Assembly: GCA_046313635.1 (NCBI GenBank)
Contig: JBKBYA010000005.1
Span: 93,483 to 157,482, forward strand
Reading direction: 5' to 3'
DNA: 64,000 bases
Source of the DNA: Pyrinomonadaceae bacterium
GTDB taxonomy: Bacteria; Acidobacteriota; Blastocatellia; Pyrinomonadales; Pyrinomonadaceae
Within the stretch, counting starts at the first letter, position 1. Each line of letters opens with the position of its first letter. Made by a program: the position numbers and the translations under genes. The notes under the pieces are model-generated. The model did no database searches and was not told where the DNA came from. It saw nothing but the letters and a program-made list of their open reading frames with translations. This document shows positions 52,863 through 62,779 of this stretch, piece by piece.

Positions 52863-53834
52863 CTATTTGGCCTTATTCGCCGCCGCTGCAGGATTTTGTT
52901 CCGCTTCCTTGGCCGCGGCACGGGCGTCGATCTCGTTCTGGATCTCTTTGGTCTTTTCGCTCAGCTCCAGAAAGGCTGCTTTAGCCGTTTCCGATTCGGT
53001 CTTCAGACGGTCACGGTCGGGGATACGACCTTCCATCTCGGCCAGGCGCATCGCCTGCACGAGCAGACTAGCCTTGTACGAGCGGGCGGACTCAAAGACA
53101 CGCAGCAGATCGAGGGTCTTGCGAAGCTCGTCGTCAGAGAGCCCCTTGACGTCGATATTCTTTGCCGTCTTTACGCGGTCCGGCTCGAGCGAAAGGGCTT
53201 GATCGATCAGTGAATTTCCCTGTTCGACACACTGCTTCAGCTGTTGGTAATCCGCTTCGTTCGCCGGCTTAACAAACTGAAAGATCTGTTTGCCGTCTTT
53301 GGTGATGGTCTTTTTGGTCTGCTCCGTATCGGTGATATCGTTGGCACAGGTGTTCTGTTTTGCCGATAGCGACACCAGAGCCTCCGCGCGGTGCTGCGGC
53401 TCGATCTGATCGTTCTTTGACCTCTCGGTCACCCAGTTCTGCCATTCGTCGGTCCGCTGAAGATTTTCGAGCAGACTGGCAATGGCTTTGTAAGAACTCT
53501 GATCGTTCTTGTCGAAGGACAGCGCCTTTTTATACTCCTGGATTGCCTCTTCGGCCTTGGCGGTGTTCTTCCTATCTCCTATGTACTCCGAATGGAGCGT
53601 ACGGGCCAGAAACAACTGAGCGGTACGCCCCTCGACGGTCTCGCCGTTCGGGTCGCGGCTGACCGCGTCTCTGAACAACTGTTCCGCTTCCTGAAACCGC
53701 CGTTCCTTATAATCCTTTGAGCCGTCGACCAGAGCTTTTCTGGCCATGACCCGGTTATAGAATGAGCAGCTTGTACCGAGCGAAACGGTGACCGCCACCA
53801 ATACAAGTGCTCCTAAACGAGAGAATCGCATCAT
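52863..53834 (-). CDS. TPR-containing putative lipoprotein
   Basis: Signal peptide ending LGTSC; TPR-like helices; downstream of exbD pair. Confidence 0.8.
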   Translation of the reverse strand: MMRFSRLGALVLVAVTVSLGTSCSFYNRVMARKALVDGSKDYKERRFQEAEQLFRDAVSRDPNGETVEGRTAQLFLARTLHSEYIGDRKNTAKAEEAIQEYKKALSFDKNDQSSYKAIASLLENLQRTDEWQNWVTERSKNDQIEPQHRAEALVSLSAKQNTCANDITDTEQTKKTITKDGKQIFQFVKPANEADYQQLKQCVEQGNSLIDQALSLEPDRVKTAKNIDVKGLSDDELRKTLDLLRVFESARSYKASLLVQAMRLAEMEGRIPDRDRLKTESETAKAAFLELSEKTKEIQNEIDARAAAKEAEQNPAAAANKAK

Positions 53835-53898
53835 TTGACTCCATTAAAGGCCCGAACCGCGGCCGCCGTCGAGCCGCTGTCGCGTACATGCGGGCTGA

Positions 53899-54372
53899 TT
53901 ATTCTGATAGATCGTCTATCTGCAAACCGATCGGCTGGGCACCCGCGATCTTAGCGGCATCGATCACCTTGACGACGTCGCCGTAGCGAACTGTCTTGGG
54001 CGATTTGATGAAGATGGTCTTTTCGACCTCGTTAGTGCCCTCGCGAAACACGCCGTTGTTCTCGCGGGTCTTAAAGATCTCGCGCAGCTTGTTCGTGAGC
54101 GGCTCGGCGTCATCCACGCTCCCGGCCGGCTCGTTGTTGAGCGTTACGGCCCGGGTCTCGCGATTTATGCTGACGACGAGCGTGAGCGGATTAGGTTTGA
54201 CCTCGATGTTCTGCTGCTGCTTCGGCTCGGCCGGCACCTTAGCCTCGAATCTCGACGGCTTGAGCGGCGAGATGACCATAAAGATGATCAGCAGTACAAG
54301 CAGAACGTCAATGAGCGGCGTCACGTTGATGTTCGGCTTTGCTCCGTCCGAACTACCGGTAGACATTCCCAT
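53899..54372 (-). CDS. exbD: ExbD/TolR family protein
   Basis: [28 protein letters not shown]. Confidence 0.93.
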   Translation of the reverse strand: MGMSTGSSDGAKPNINVTPLIDVLLVLLIIFMVISPLKPSRFEAKVPAEPKQQQNIEVKPNPLTLVVSINRETRAVTLNNEPAGSVDDAEPLTNKLREIFKTRENNGVFREGTNEVEKTIFIKSPKTVRYGDVVKVIDAAKIAGAQPIGLQIDDLSE

Positions 54373-54415
54373 AAACTGTTATTACTCCCATAAGAGCTGA
54401 ACTCCCCGACGGAGC

Positions 54416-54862
54416 TCAGCTTTGCGGTTGTTCACCACCCTTTTTCTTGTCGGCGACGAGCCCGATCTTGTCGATATCCTGTTTTCGGATCGTGTCGATG
54501 GCCTGCACCACTCGTCCGTAGTCGACGTCGACGCCGCTCTTGATGTAAACGATCCGCTTGTCAGGCGTCTTGTTCTCCATCAGCTTCTTGATCTTTTCAC
54601 CAAGTGCGTCGAGCGGGTACTGCTCTTTGCCGATGTAAAAGTTATTATTGTCCGGAATAGCGACGACGACCGACGTGTCTTTGGCGATATCGTCATCCCG
54701 GTCCGGGCTGACCATATCCCTTGGCAGGTTCACAGACACACCTTGCTGCAGCAGCGGCGTCACGATCATGAAGATGATCAGCAGCACCAGCATGATGTCG
54801 ACCATCGGTGTGACGTTGATCTCCGAATTATATTCGTCGCCGCCGCCGATTTGCATTCCCAT
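54416..54862 (-). CDS. exbD: ExbD/TolR family protein
   Basis: [25 protein letters not shown]. Confidence 0.93.
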   Translation of the reverse strand: MGMQIGGGDEYNSEINVTPMVDIMLVLLIIFMIVTPLLQQGVSVNLPRDMVSPDRDDDIAKDTSVVVAIPDNNNFYIGKEQYPLDALGEKIKKLMENKTPDKRIVYIKSGVDVDYGRVVQAIDTIRKQDIDKIGLVADKKKGGEQPQS

Positions 54863-54903
54863 GGCGAATCTTCTCCTTTTACTCTAATGCGTGCGGTCCG
54901 CTT

Positions 54904-55614
54904 TTATCCGCGGAGCTGCTTCGAGCGCTGCTTGATGAAGTAATCAACGAGTTCCGAAGCGGAGTTTTCCATTTCGACGCCGAAGCTCGTCACCTTGTTC
55001 GTGAAGTAGTTAAAGAGCCAAACCGCCGGAACTGCTACGAGGATGCCGAATGCCGTGGCGACGAGGGCCTCTGCGATAGCTCCGCCGACCGCGCCGATAC
55101 CGGCTGACTCGTTGGCCTTCAACGCCTGGAACGCGCCGATGATGCCGACGACCGTTCCGAAGAGACCGACGAACGGCGCCGTGGATCCGACAGTGGCCAA
55201 TCCCGAAAGACCTCGCTTCAACTCGGCCGTCTTGACCGCGATCGCACGCTCGAGCGCACGCTTTGAAGCTTCCATTTCGTCGGCCGAGATGTCCGTATTG
55301 CCTTCGTGTGCCTTGAACTCCTTAAGGCCCGACGAGACGACCATCGCGAGGTGGGAATCCTTATGACCGTCGCTGATCGAGATCGCGTCGTCAATGTTGC
55401 TGTTCTTAAGAGCCTGAGCGACCTTGGGCGCGTACTGCCTCGACTGGGCCTTGGCCTTGTTGTAGGTGAGCCAGCGTTCGATGCCCACGGCGATCATATA
55501 AACGGACTGGATCAGGAGCGTGATGATTACGCCCCAGCCGGGTATCGTCAAGCTCTTGGCGATATCGTAGATGCCGAACGAAATTCCCTCGCCGGCCAAC
55601 ATCAAAAGGGTCAT
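54904..55614 (-). CDS. exbB: ExbB/TolQ/MotA family proton channel
   Basis: LATVGSTAPFVGLFGTV.GII.AF, IAEALVATAFG. Confidence 0.93.
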   Translation of the reverse strand: MTLLMLAGEGISFGIYDIAKSLTIPGWGVIITLLIQSVYMIAVGIERWLTYNKAKAQSRQYAPKVAQALKNSNIDDAISISDGHKDSHLAMVVSSGLKEFKAHEGNTDISADEMEASKRALERAIAVKTAELKRGLSGLATVGSTAPFVGLFGTVVGIIGAFQALKANESAGIGAVGGAIAEALVATAFGILVAVPAVWLFNYFTNKVTSFGVEMENSASELVDYFIKQRSKQLRG

Positions 55615-55663
55615 GATTTTTCCTCCAAAGAATTCGAAAAAGAGATTTTATTAGTGCTTGGAC

Positions 55664-55701
55664 CGGACCGAGGGGCGGCGGGCGAGCCGCCCCTCGGTCC
55701 G
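55664..55701. other. Perfect 16-bp intercistronic hairpin between tonB and exbB
   Basis: CGGACCGAGGGGCGGC-gggcga-GCCGCCCCTCGGTCCG, no U-tail. Confidence 0.75.
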
Positions 55702-55711
55702 AATCACAGTC

Positions 55712-56527
55712 TTACGGCACAAAATTATAGGTGATCACACCGGAAACCTTGACCGGCTGCCCCGACAAGAGCGTCGGGCTAAAGCGAGCCTGTCGTGCGG
55801 CAGCAACGGCCGCGGCCTGGAGCAGCGGGTGACCGCCAGCCGCGCTTGCCGAAACGACGCGGCCCTGCTCATCGATCAGAACCTGAACCGGGACCGTACC
55901 AGATGCGCGCACGGCTCGTGCGGCTGCGGGGTACGCAGGCTTTGGCAGGCTGACGGCTTTACCGTTAAGCACGCCGCCCGAAACTGTCTTGGGCGGTTCT
56001 TTTTTGATCGGCGGCGGCGGCGGCGGCGCTGCGCCTCCACCGTCATCGTTGCCTCCGCCTCCAAAGTTGCCCGAGTCGCTGCCGCTGCCGGACGTGTTCA
56101 CCGGGCCCTTGTAGTCAGGCGGCGGTGCGTTGGCAGCCGAGTAGTTGCGGTCACCGACGACCGTGTACTTATTCGGGTCTCGCGGCGGGATCTTTGAAGC
56201 CTCGTTACTGATCTTATCCGGCACCTTCGGCGGAGGCTCGTCCATCGAAGCGATGATCTCCTTGCGGATATCAACGTTCGGATCTTTCTGCTGCTGCGGC
56301 TTCTCTTCAGGCTTGGGCGGCGGCTCCTCTTCAGGAACGGGAACCGGCGCGACGAGCGTCGAGAGCTCCAGGTCGCTGCCGCCCATTCCGTAGTCCTTTG
56401 CAAACAAGCTGTAGAGCCACGCACTGCAGAGGATGGTCACCATCAACACAAAAACACCGAGGAGGAATTCACTCCGCCTGGTGTTTTCGGCTGCGTTGCT
56501 TTTGGATTCAACTAATTGGTCTAACAT
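55712..56527 (-). CDS. tonB: Energy transducer TonB
   Basis: GGAGG RBS; N-terminal TM, Pro-rich linker, P.YP.AAR...SG.V.V...IDEQG.V C-terminal domain. Confidence 0.92.
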   Translation of the reverse strand: MLDQLVESKSNAAENTRRSEFLLGVFVLMVTILCSAWLYSLFAKDYGMGGSDLELSTLVAPVPVPEEEPPPKPEEKPQQQKDPNVDIRKEIIASMDEPPPKVPDKISNEASKIPPRDPNKYTVVGDRNYSAANAPPPDYKGPVNTSGSGSDSGNFGGGGNDDGGGAAPPPPPPIKKEPPKTVSGGVLNGKAVSLPKPAYPAAARAVRASGTVPVQVLIDEQGRVVSASAAGGHPLLQAAAVAAARQARFSPTLLSGQPVKVSGVITYNFVP

Positions 56528-56793
56528 CGAATTTCCTCCCCTCTCTCCGGTGCCAACTTTGGTCAAGGGCTATAAAGTTTTATTAGTGCTTTGATGTAAC
56601 GTCCGGGAAACCGAGTTGTAACTGATGGAGGCACGGCCGATCTACCATGGCCTTCCCCAGTGTCCCAACTGCAGAGCGGGCAATTCGAAAACGCCAGCCG
56701 CGTATAAAAACACCGCCCCTGTTTCCGCTAGCTTCTCCAAGAAAGACGGACGAGGGCGACAGTACGCTATTTACTTGACCAGCAACGAGTAGC

Positions 56794-56822
56794 AGTCTAA
56801 AAGTTTGCTCTCGGAAAGTCAA
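56794..56822 (-). promoter_or_regulatory. Putative sigma70 promoter of the tonB operon
   Basis: Minus strand TTGACT-N17-TAGACT. Confidence 0.6.
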
Positions 56823-56908
56823 GAACCGTGCCCGAACTCAAAGCACGCTCACGTACTTAGACAACTGTTAAGGGAGATTGTTCCAAATGAAAGCGCGCAG
56901 ATTATGAG

Positions 56909-58003
56909 TTACCGCGTTACAGGGCGCCGAGTGACCGACCGGCGCGATGCCGAGGCCATCTTTTCCTTCCGGGCCGGAGCGAGCGTTTCCTTCACCTCAG
57001 CCTCGCCGAGCTTGTCCTGCCACCAGATCGCGATCGGGCTCGCGATGGCTACTGTCGAATATGTTCCGACGATCGTGCCGACAAACAGCGCAAGCGAAAA
57101 GCTTCTGAGCACCTCTCCGCCAAATAGCACGAGAGCCAGAACGGACAGGAATACGAGGCCGCCCGTGATCACCGTTCGCGAGAGCGTCTGATTGATCGCT
57201 TCGTTCGTTATACGGAAGAGCGAGCCCGTTCGGTTGAGCACGAGATTCTCGCGAATGCGGTCAAATATCACGATCGAATCGTTCACCGAAAATCCGACGA
57301 TGGTAAGGATAGCCGCAATGACGGTGAGGTTGACCTCCCATTGGAAGATCGAGAAAAACGCCAAAACCGTGAGCACGTCGTGAAATACTGCGATCACGGC
57401 GCCCGCGGCGTATGTCCAGTCGTAGCGAAACGCGATAAAGAGCAGGATGCCGATACAGCCCAGCAGCGTCGCGGTGACCGCACGGTTGCGAAGCTCCGAG
57501 CCCGCGACCGCACCGACCGAATCGGTACCGATGATCTTGTAGGCGGCCTGCTGGTCACTTTCGAGGGTCGCGTCGCCTTCGGCTTCTTTTCCGAATGTGT
57601 CGAGCGCCTGCTTGACGACGGTCCGGCCCGCCTGGACCTGCGCCGCCGACGACGGCTCGCCCTCGGTCTGCGGAGCCGCCTGTCCCTCGATAAGCGGGAT
57701 CTTGATCAGCACCTCGTCGGGCTTGTTGGTCGACGCCTGGATCGTCGAGTCGCTGATGCCCGCGGCGTTCAGCGCACTGCGTATCTCGTCCTCGGACGGA
57801 CGCTGGCGAAATTTTGCCGTGACGACCGTTCCGCCCTGAAAGTCCACGCCGAGATTGAATGCCTCGGTCCCGCCCGGCGTCATCTGCCGGCCGATCGCGG
57901 ACACAAGCCCGCTCAACAGGATCAAAATGGAAACACCGATAAAAATACGACGTTTTCCGAGCCAGTCAATGTCGACGTTTTGAAATAGATTGAACATCTG
58001 CAA
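56909..58003 (-). CDS. secF: Protein translocase subunit SecF
   Basis: LGVDFQGG, FHDV, GFSVNDSIVIFDRIREN, QTLSRT. Confidence 0.96.
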   Translation of the reverse strand: MQMFNLFQNVDIDWLGKRRIFIGVSILILLSGLVSAIGRQMTPGGTEAFNLGVDFQGGTVVTAKFRQRPSEDEIRSALNAAGISDSTIQASTNKPDEVLIKIPLIEGQAAPQTEGEPSSAAQVQAGRTVVKQALDTFGKEAEGDATLESDQQAAYKIIGTDSVGAVAGSELRNRAVTATLLGCIGILLFIAFRYDWTYAAGAVIAVFHDVLTVLAFFSIFQWEVNLTVIAAILTIVGFSVNDSIVIFDRIRENLVLNRTGSLFRITNEAINQTLSRTVITGGLVFLSVLALVLFGGEVLRSFSLALFVGTIVGTYSTVAIASPIAIWWQDKLGEAEVKETLAPARKEKMASASRRSVTRRPVTR

Positions 58004-58032
58004 ATGCGCCTCGATACGGCAAAAATCCTATG

Positions 58033-59694
58033 TTAAATGCTCAGTTTCTGCATGTCGGGCCTGCGGCTCAGCTCCCACATAAAGATGGTCCGCGAGACAA
58101 AGACCGCCGTGAAGAGATTGATCAGCAGCCCCAGGATGAGCGTCACCGCAAAGCCGCGGATCGGGCCAGACCCGGTCACGTACAAGATCAGCGACGAGAT
58201 GATCGTCGTGATGTGCGTGTCGATGATCGTGACAAAGGCACGGTCAAATCCGAGACCGATCGCTTCGGCGACCGAGACGCCGCGGCGAAGCTCTTCGCGG
58301 ATGCGCTCAAAGATAAGAACGTTCGAGTCGACCGCCATGCCGATGCCGAGGATAAGACCGGCAATTCCGGGCAGAGTCAGCGTAGACTTGATCATCACGA
58401 GCGCGGCTATCGTGAGGATCATATTCAACACCAGAGCGACGACCGCATTGACGCCCGCGCCGCGGTAATAGAACAGCATAAAGAGGACGACAAAAGCGAG
58501 GCCGCCAAGCGAGGCCTGCACTCCCGATCTGATCGAATCGGCCCCGAGGCTCGGCCCGACCGTGCGCTCCTCCTGATACTCGACCTTTGCCGGCAATGCT
58601 CCAGACTGCAGCGTCAGCGCGAGGTCCTCGGCCGATGCCTTGGTAAAGTTCCCTTCGATCTGGCCCTGGTCAAAGATCTGGCCGCGAATGACGGGCGCCG
58701 ACTTGACCTGGCCGTTGAGCACGATGGCGAGGTACTTGCCGATATTCTTTCCGGTCCACTCTCCGAACTTCTGAGCGCCGGCCGGCTTTAAATTAAAAGT
58801 GATCTGGTAGTCGCCCTCCGAGCCGGTCCGCGAGTATGCCTGTGCGCTCCGCAGTTCGCTGCCGTCGACGATCGGCGGGTACTCGACGATCACAAACTGT
58901 TTTGTCTGTTCCTGCTGGGTCTGCGCCCGCTCGTCCCTTTCGACCAAGGGCAGTATGCGCCGATTTGGCGGGACGACGCCGCCAAGCGACTGCTTGGCCG
59001 CCTCCTCGGTCGGGAAGGTCTGGTAAGTGTCGGTCGCGAGCTTCATCAGCGAGAGATTCGACTCAGATCCGATAAGGTTCTTGACCCGCTCGGGGTCGTC
59101 GACGCCGGGCATCTGCAGGAGGATCTGGCCCGAGGTCGGCGAGCCCTGACGCTGAAGTGTCGGCTCCTTGACGCCAAACGCATTGATCCGGCTGTCGATG
59201 ATCTTCATCGCCTGGTCGGTCGCCTGCTGCTTGAGTCGGTCCTGGGCCTGGTTGTTGAGCGACCACGTGATCGAGTCGTTGTCGCTGCTGACCGCCCAAT
59301 CGGTGAAATCGACCTTTTGGCGGACGGCATCGATGATGGCCTGCGTTTGCGACGGGTCGCTGATATTGAGCGTCACCTCGTAGCGGCCGTTCTCGGTGAC
59401 GGTGCTGCTTCCGGTGACCGGCAGTTTTGCGTCCTGCGCGGCCGTAAGTGCGGCTTGCGCGTCGTTCTCGGTCAGCGTCTTGAGATAATCGTCGAGCTTG
59501 ACCCGCATCACGAGGTGCGAACCGCCGCGGAGGTCGAGTCCGAGATTGATATTCTCCGAGAGATTATTCTTGATGCCCTGCCAGGTGAAGTCCTGCGACG
59601 TCGGCACACGCCGCGGGCCGAAGACAAGGTACAAACCCGCAAGCGTGATCGCCAGAATGATGGCGGTTCTGATCCACAAACCCCTATTTTTCAT
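58033..59694 (-). CDS. secD: Protein translocase subunit SecD
   Basis: LGLDLRGG, RINAFGVKEP, VGPSLG, GMAVDSNVLIFERIREE. Confidence 0.96.
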   Translation of the reverse strand: MKNRGLWIRTAIILAITLAGLYLVFGPRRVPTSQDFTWQGIKNNLSENINLGLDLRGGSHLVMRVKLDDYLKTLTENDAQAALTAAQDAKLPVTGSSTVTENGRYEVTLNISDPSQTQAIIDAVRQKVDFTDWAVSSDNDSITWSLNNQAQDRLKQQATDQAMKIIDSRINAFGVKEPTLQRQGSPTSGQILLQMPGVDDPERVKNLIGSESNLSLMKLATDTYQTFPTEEAAKQSLGGVVPPNRRILPLVERDERAQTQQEQTKQFVIVEYPPIVDGSELRSAQAYSRTGSEGDYQITFNLKPAGAQKFGEWTGKNIGKYLAIVLNGQVKSAPVIRGQIFDQGQIEGNFTKASAEDLALTLQSGALPAKVEYQEERTVGPSLGADSIRSGVQASLGGLAFVVLFMLFYYRGAGVNAVVALVLNMILTIAALVMIKSTLTLPGIAGLILGIGMAVDSNVLIFERIREELRRGVSVAEAIGLGFDRAFVTIIDTHITTIISSLILYVTGSGPIRGFAVTLILGLLINLFTAVFVSRTIFMWELSRRPDMQKLSI

Positions 59695-59730
59695 CGATGA
59701 AAAAGCACGCGGGAGCCGCTCCCGCAATTC

Positions 59731-60030
59731 CTATTTTTCAGGTCTCTTGCCGACGACGGCGCTTTTGCCGATCTCGAGAAAGGTCTTTTCGGCGCTCTGG
59801 ATGATAAAGCTCGTGTCTCGTATCTCCTTGATCCGCCCGATGACGCCGCCGCTGGTGACGACCTCGTCGTTGATCTTCAGGTTGGCGATCATGTTCTGCA
59901 GCTCGTTGCGCTGCCTCTTTTGCGGCAGTATGACCAGCACGTAAAAAATGCCGAAGATCAGGATAAAGGGCAGGAGCGTACCGATTATGCCGAGACCTGA
60001 GCCTCCGTCTTGAAATAATAGAAGATACAT
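59731..60030 (-). CDS. yajC: Preprotein translocase subunit YajC
   Basis: FYVLVILPQ, DEVVTSGG..G; between tgt and secD. Confidence 0.93.
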   Translation of the reverse strand: MYLLLFQDGGSGLGIIGTLLPFILIFGIFYVLVILPQKRQRNELQNMIANLKINDEVVTSGGVIGRIKEIRDTSFIIQSAEKTFLEIGKSAVVGKRPEK

Positions 60031-60087
60031 AGTCGGTTGCGAGACGCGCAGAGCAAAAGCCAATCTTATACGAGCGATTCGGCATTA

Positions 60088-61281
60088 TCAAACGCCTGCC
60101 GGTTCGCTGCCAGCCGCAAGTTTCTCCAGGAACGTTTTCTTGAATGCGAGGAATTCGCCAAGTTTGATAGCTTGCCTAACGCGGCGCATCGTGTCAAGAA
60201 AGAACGCCACGTTGTGATGCGAGATCAGCATCGCGGCAAGCATCTCGCCGGACTGGTAGAGATGACGAAGATATGCACGCGAGTATCGGCGGCAGACCGA
60301 GCACGGGCAATCGTCGTCGAGCGGCGATGCGTCGGTGATGAACTTCGCGTTGCGGATGTTGAGCCTGCCGCGCGAGGTAAAGGCGCTTCCCGTACGGCCG
60401 TTGCGGGTCGGGATCACGCAGTCAAACATATCGACGCCGTGCGAGACGGCCTCGATCATATCTTCAGGCGTGCCGACGCCCATCAGGTATCGCGGAGCGT
60501 CCGACGGCATCCGCGGCGTGATGTGCTCAAGCACGCCGTACATCACCGGCTTCTCTTCGCCGACGCTGAGGCCGCCGATCGCGTAGCCGTCAAAACCGAT
60601 CTCGACGGTCCGCTCAAGACTCTCGCTTCGCAGATCGTGATGCCCGGCGCCCTGCACGATCCCGAAGAGCGCCTGCCGGCCGCTTACGCCGCGGCCGCCC
60701 GCGTCGGCGACGAAGCCGGAATCCTGACCCGCGTCCTGCAGTTCGCGAAAGCGCGCCTTTGACCGCGCGGCCCAGCGTGCGGTGAGCTCGAGGCTTGTCC
60801 TCGTTCGCTCGTGTCCGGCGTCGCCCGGCGGGCACTCGTCAAACGCCATCACGATCTCTGATCCGAGCGCGGCCTGGATCTCCATCGAGATCTCGGGCGA
60901 GATGAACTTTTTGCTCCCATCCAGATGCGAGCGAAACTCGACGCCGTCCTCGGTCAACCTGCGCATCTCGCTCAGCGAAAAGACCTGAAAGCCGCCCGAG
61001 TCGGTCAGCAGCGATCGCTGCCACGTCGTGAAGCTGTGCAGTCCGCCGAGCGCGCGGATCGTGTCAGGGCCCGGCCGCAAAAAGAGGTGGTACGTGTTGC
61101 CGAGTATGATCCGCGCGTCGAGCTCGTCCTCGAGCCATTCAAAACGGATGCCCTTGACGGTACCCTGCGTGCCGACCGGCATAAAGACCGGCGTCTCGAT
61201 CGTCGAACGCCTGGTCTGCAGGACGCCCGTGCGGGCGTTGCCGTCTCGCGCGGTGACGGTCCAATCGAGAGGCTTATCCAT
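60088..61281 (-). CDS. tgt: Queuine tRNA-ribosyltransferase
   Basis: TPVFMPVGT, NTYHL, TDSGGFQV, GGLSVGE, MGVG, FDCV.PTR, C.C..C. Confidence 0.97.
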   Translation of the reverse strand: MDKPLDWTVTARDGNARTGVLQTRRSTIETPVFMPVGTQGTVKGIRFEWLEDELDARIILGNTYHLFLRPGPDTIRALGGLHSFTTWQRSLLTDSGGFQVFSLSEMRRLTEDGVEFRSHLDGSKKFISPEISMEIQAALGSEIVMAFDECPPGDAGHERTRTSLELTARWAARSKARFRELQDAGQDSGFVADAGGRGVSGRQALFGIVQGAGHHDLRSESLERTVEIGFDGYAIGGLSVGEEKPVMYGVLEHITPRMPSDAPRYLMGVGTPEDMIEAVSHGVDMFDCVIPTRNGRTGSAFTSRGRLNIRNAKFITDASPLDDDCPCSVCRRYSRAYLRHLYQSGEMLAAMLISHHNVAFFLDTMRRVRQAIKLGEFLAFKKTFLEKLAAGSEPAGV

Positions 61282-62779
61282 TCGCCTCCGTACCGCTGCC
61301 GTCGGCCGAGCGAGACACCAGAGCCCAGATATTGCGCGCTCCGACCGCCGTCTCTGTCTGGATGCGCCCGTCCTCACCGACCAGAACGGCCGAGGGCGTG
61401 CCGAACATTCCCAAACTCGCCGCAACCTTGTAGCCCGGGTCGATCACGACCGGCGAGGTTAAGCCGAGCGCCGAATTGTCTTCGACCGGGCCGTCGGTAA
61501 AGACCACGATCGCCGGGTCGTCGGGCCCGCGCCGCCGTTCCCATTCCCTTAGCGATCCGAGCATCGCTCCGCAGTGCGGGCAGCCCGGACTCCAAAACGC
61601 GACGAGCGTCCGACGGCCGAGGATGTCGTCGTGCGACACGCGTCGCCCGGCGATGTCCTTCAGCTCGAATTGCGGGATTGTCTTGCCGATCTTCGGCGGA
61701 CGGCCGAGCGGGTCGTTGCGCAGCGCGTAAAATCCGGTGCCGCTTGTATCTTGTCCGGCCTCGATCCGTTCGATCAGTGCGCGGATCGCCTCGTCGCCCA
61801 CCGCCGTATTGCTCGCAACGCGGCCGTCGCCCGAGACAAAGAGTGCGGTCGGCGTCCACCGCGCACCGACGCTCTTGGCGACCTCGCGATCGCGTTCGAT
61901 CAGTACGAGGCCGTCGGTCCCGAACTTCGCGCGGTTCTCGCGTACCGTTCCGCTGCTCACAAGTACGATCTCCGCCTTGCCTGCGAGCCTCGCTCGCCAC
62001 TCGCCGATCTCCGGAACGAGCGCGGCGCACGGACTGCAGTTCGGCCCGACGAAAAGCAGCAGGAGCGGCTCGCCGTCGACCGTCAGATCATCGAGCGTGA
62101 ATGTCGTTCCGGAGACGTCCGGCAATTCAAATTCCGGAAAGAGTGCGCCGATCGGCAGTGCGTCCATCGGATCGCCTGCCTCGTCCCGCGTGACGGCCGC
62201 GTGACCGTGACCGTCGTGCGACATCAGCTCGAGCATCTCGATACGGCGCAGGATCGTCCGCTGCTGATCGGCGATGCGGCGCAGATACATCAAGACCCCG
62301 ACGACCAGCGCGGCTACGAGGATGCCGATCAGCGTCGGCATCATCTCGAGTCTGACGTCCGCGATGTCGAGCCCCTGCCCGTCCCGGCCGCGAACGACCG
62401 GCACCAGAGCGATCGCCAGCAGTGCGGCGTTTCGAAGAACAGAAAGTTTGCTTACAGGCTTGCTGTACAGCTGCCCAAAGCAGTGACAATCCGGCGTGCG
62501 GCCCTTGTAGAGCTGGTACGCCATCCCGGCGATAAAGATGATGAGGAGCTGTGCCGCCGCGACCGCGCCGTAAAAGGACGTCGCGGTAGAGAGCAGCGAT
62601 CCGGCGATCACGATCTCGAGCGCCGACAGCAGCACCGCATACGGGCGGGCCCAACGCTCCGGTATCCCAAATCCGCTCGCCGCCTTCTCCGCACCGGCGA
62701 GGTCCGCGAGTTTAGCAAAGCCAGCGACGGCAAACACGACCGCGAGGAATATCCTGACGATAAGTAGAAACAGGTCCAT
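61274..62779 (-). CDS. MauE/DoxX membrane domain fused to two thioredoxin-like (TlpA/MauD) domains
   Basis: AGFAK, DCHCFG, LRNA (MauE); CSPC..TPT and CPHC..TPS redoxin domains. Confidence 0.85.
   Translation of the reverse strand: MDLFLLIVRIFLAVVFAVAGFAKLADLAGAEKAASGFGIPERWARPYAVLLSALEIVIAGSLLSTATSFYGAVAAAQLLIIFIAGMAYQLYKGRTPDCHCFGQLYSKPVSKLSVLRNAALLAIALVPVVRGRDGQGLDIADVRLEMMPTLIGILVAALVVGVLMYLRRIADQQRTILRRIEMLELMSHDGHGHAAVTRDEAGDPMDALPIGALFPEFELPDVSGTTFTLDDLTVDGEPLLLLFVGPNCSPCAALVPEIGEWRARLAGKAEIVLVSSGTVRENRAKFGTDGLVLIERDREVAKSVGARWTPTALFVSGDGRVASNTAVGDEAIRALIERIEAGQDTSGTGFYALRNDPLGRPPKIGKTIPQFELKDIAGRRVSHDDILGRRTLVAFWSPGCPHCGAMLGSLREWERRRGPDDPAIVVFTDGPVEDNSALGLTSPVVIDPGYKVAASLGMFGTPSAVLVGEDGRIQTETAVGARNIWALVSRSADGSGTEANG

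Noticed and set aside
56600..56740. Cobalamin riboswitch call
   Set aside because: Only partial motif resemblance and no B12 box; kept as a low-score finding, not a feature.
60670..60745. Short extra segment in Tgt (DAGQDSGFVADAGGRGVSG) as another REP insertion
   Set aside because: No clear inverted arms; more likely an ordinary variable loop.
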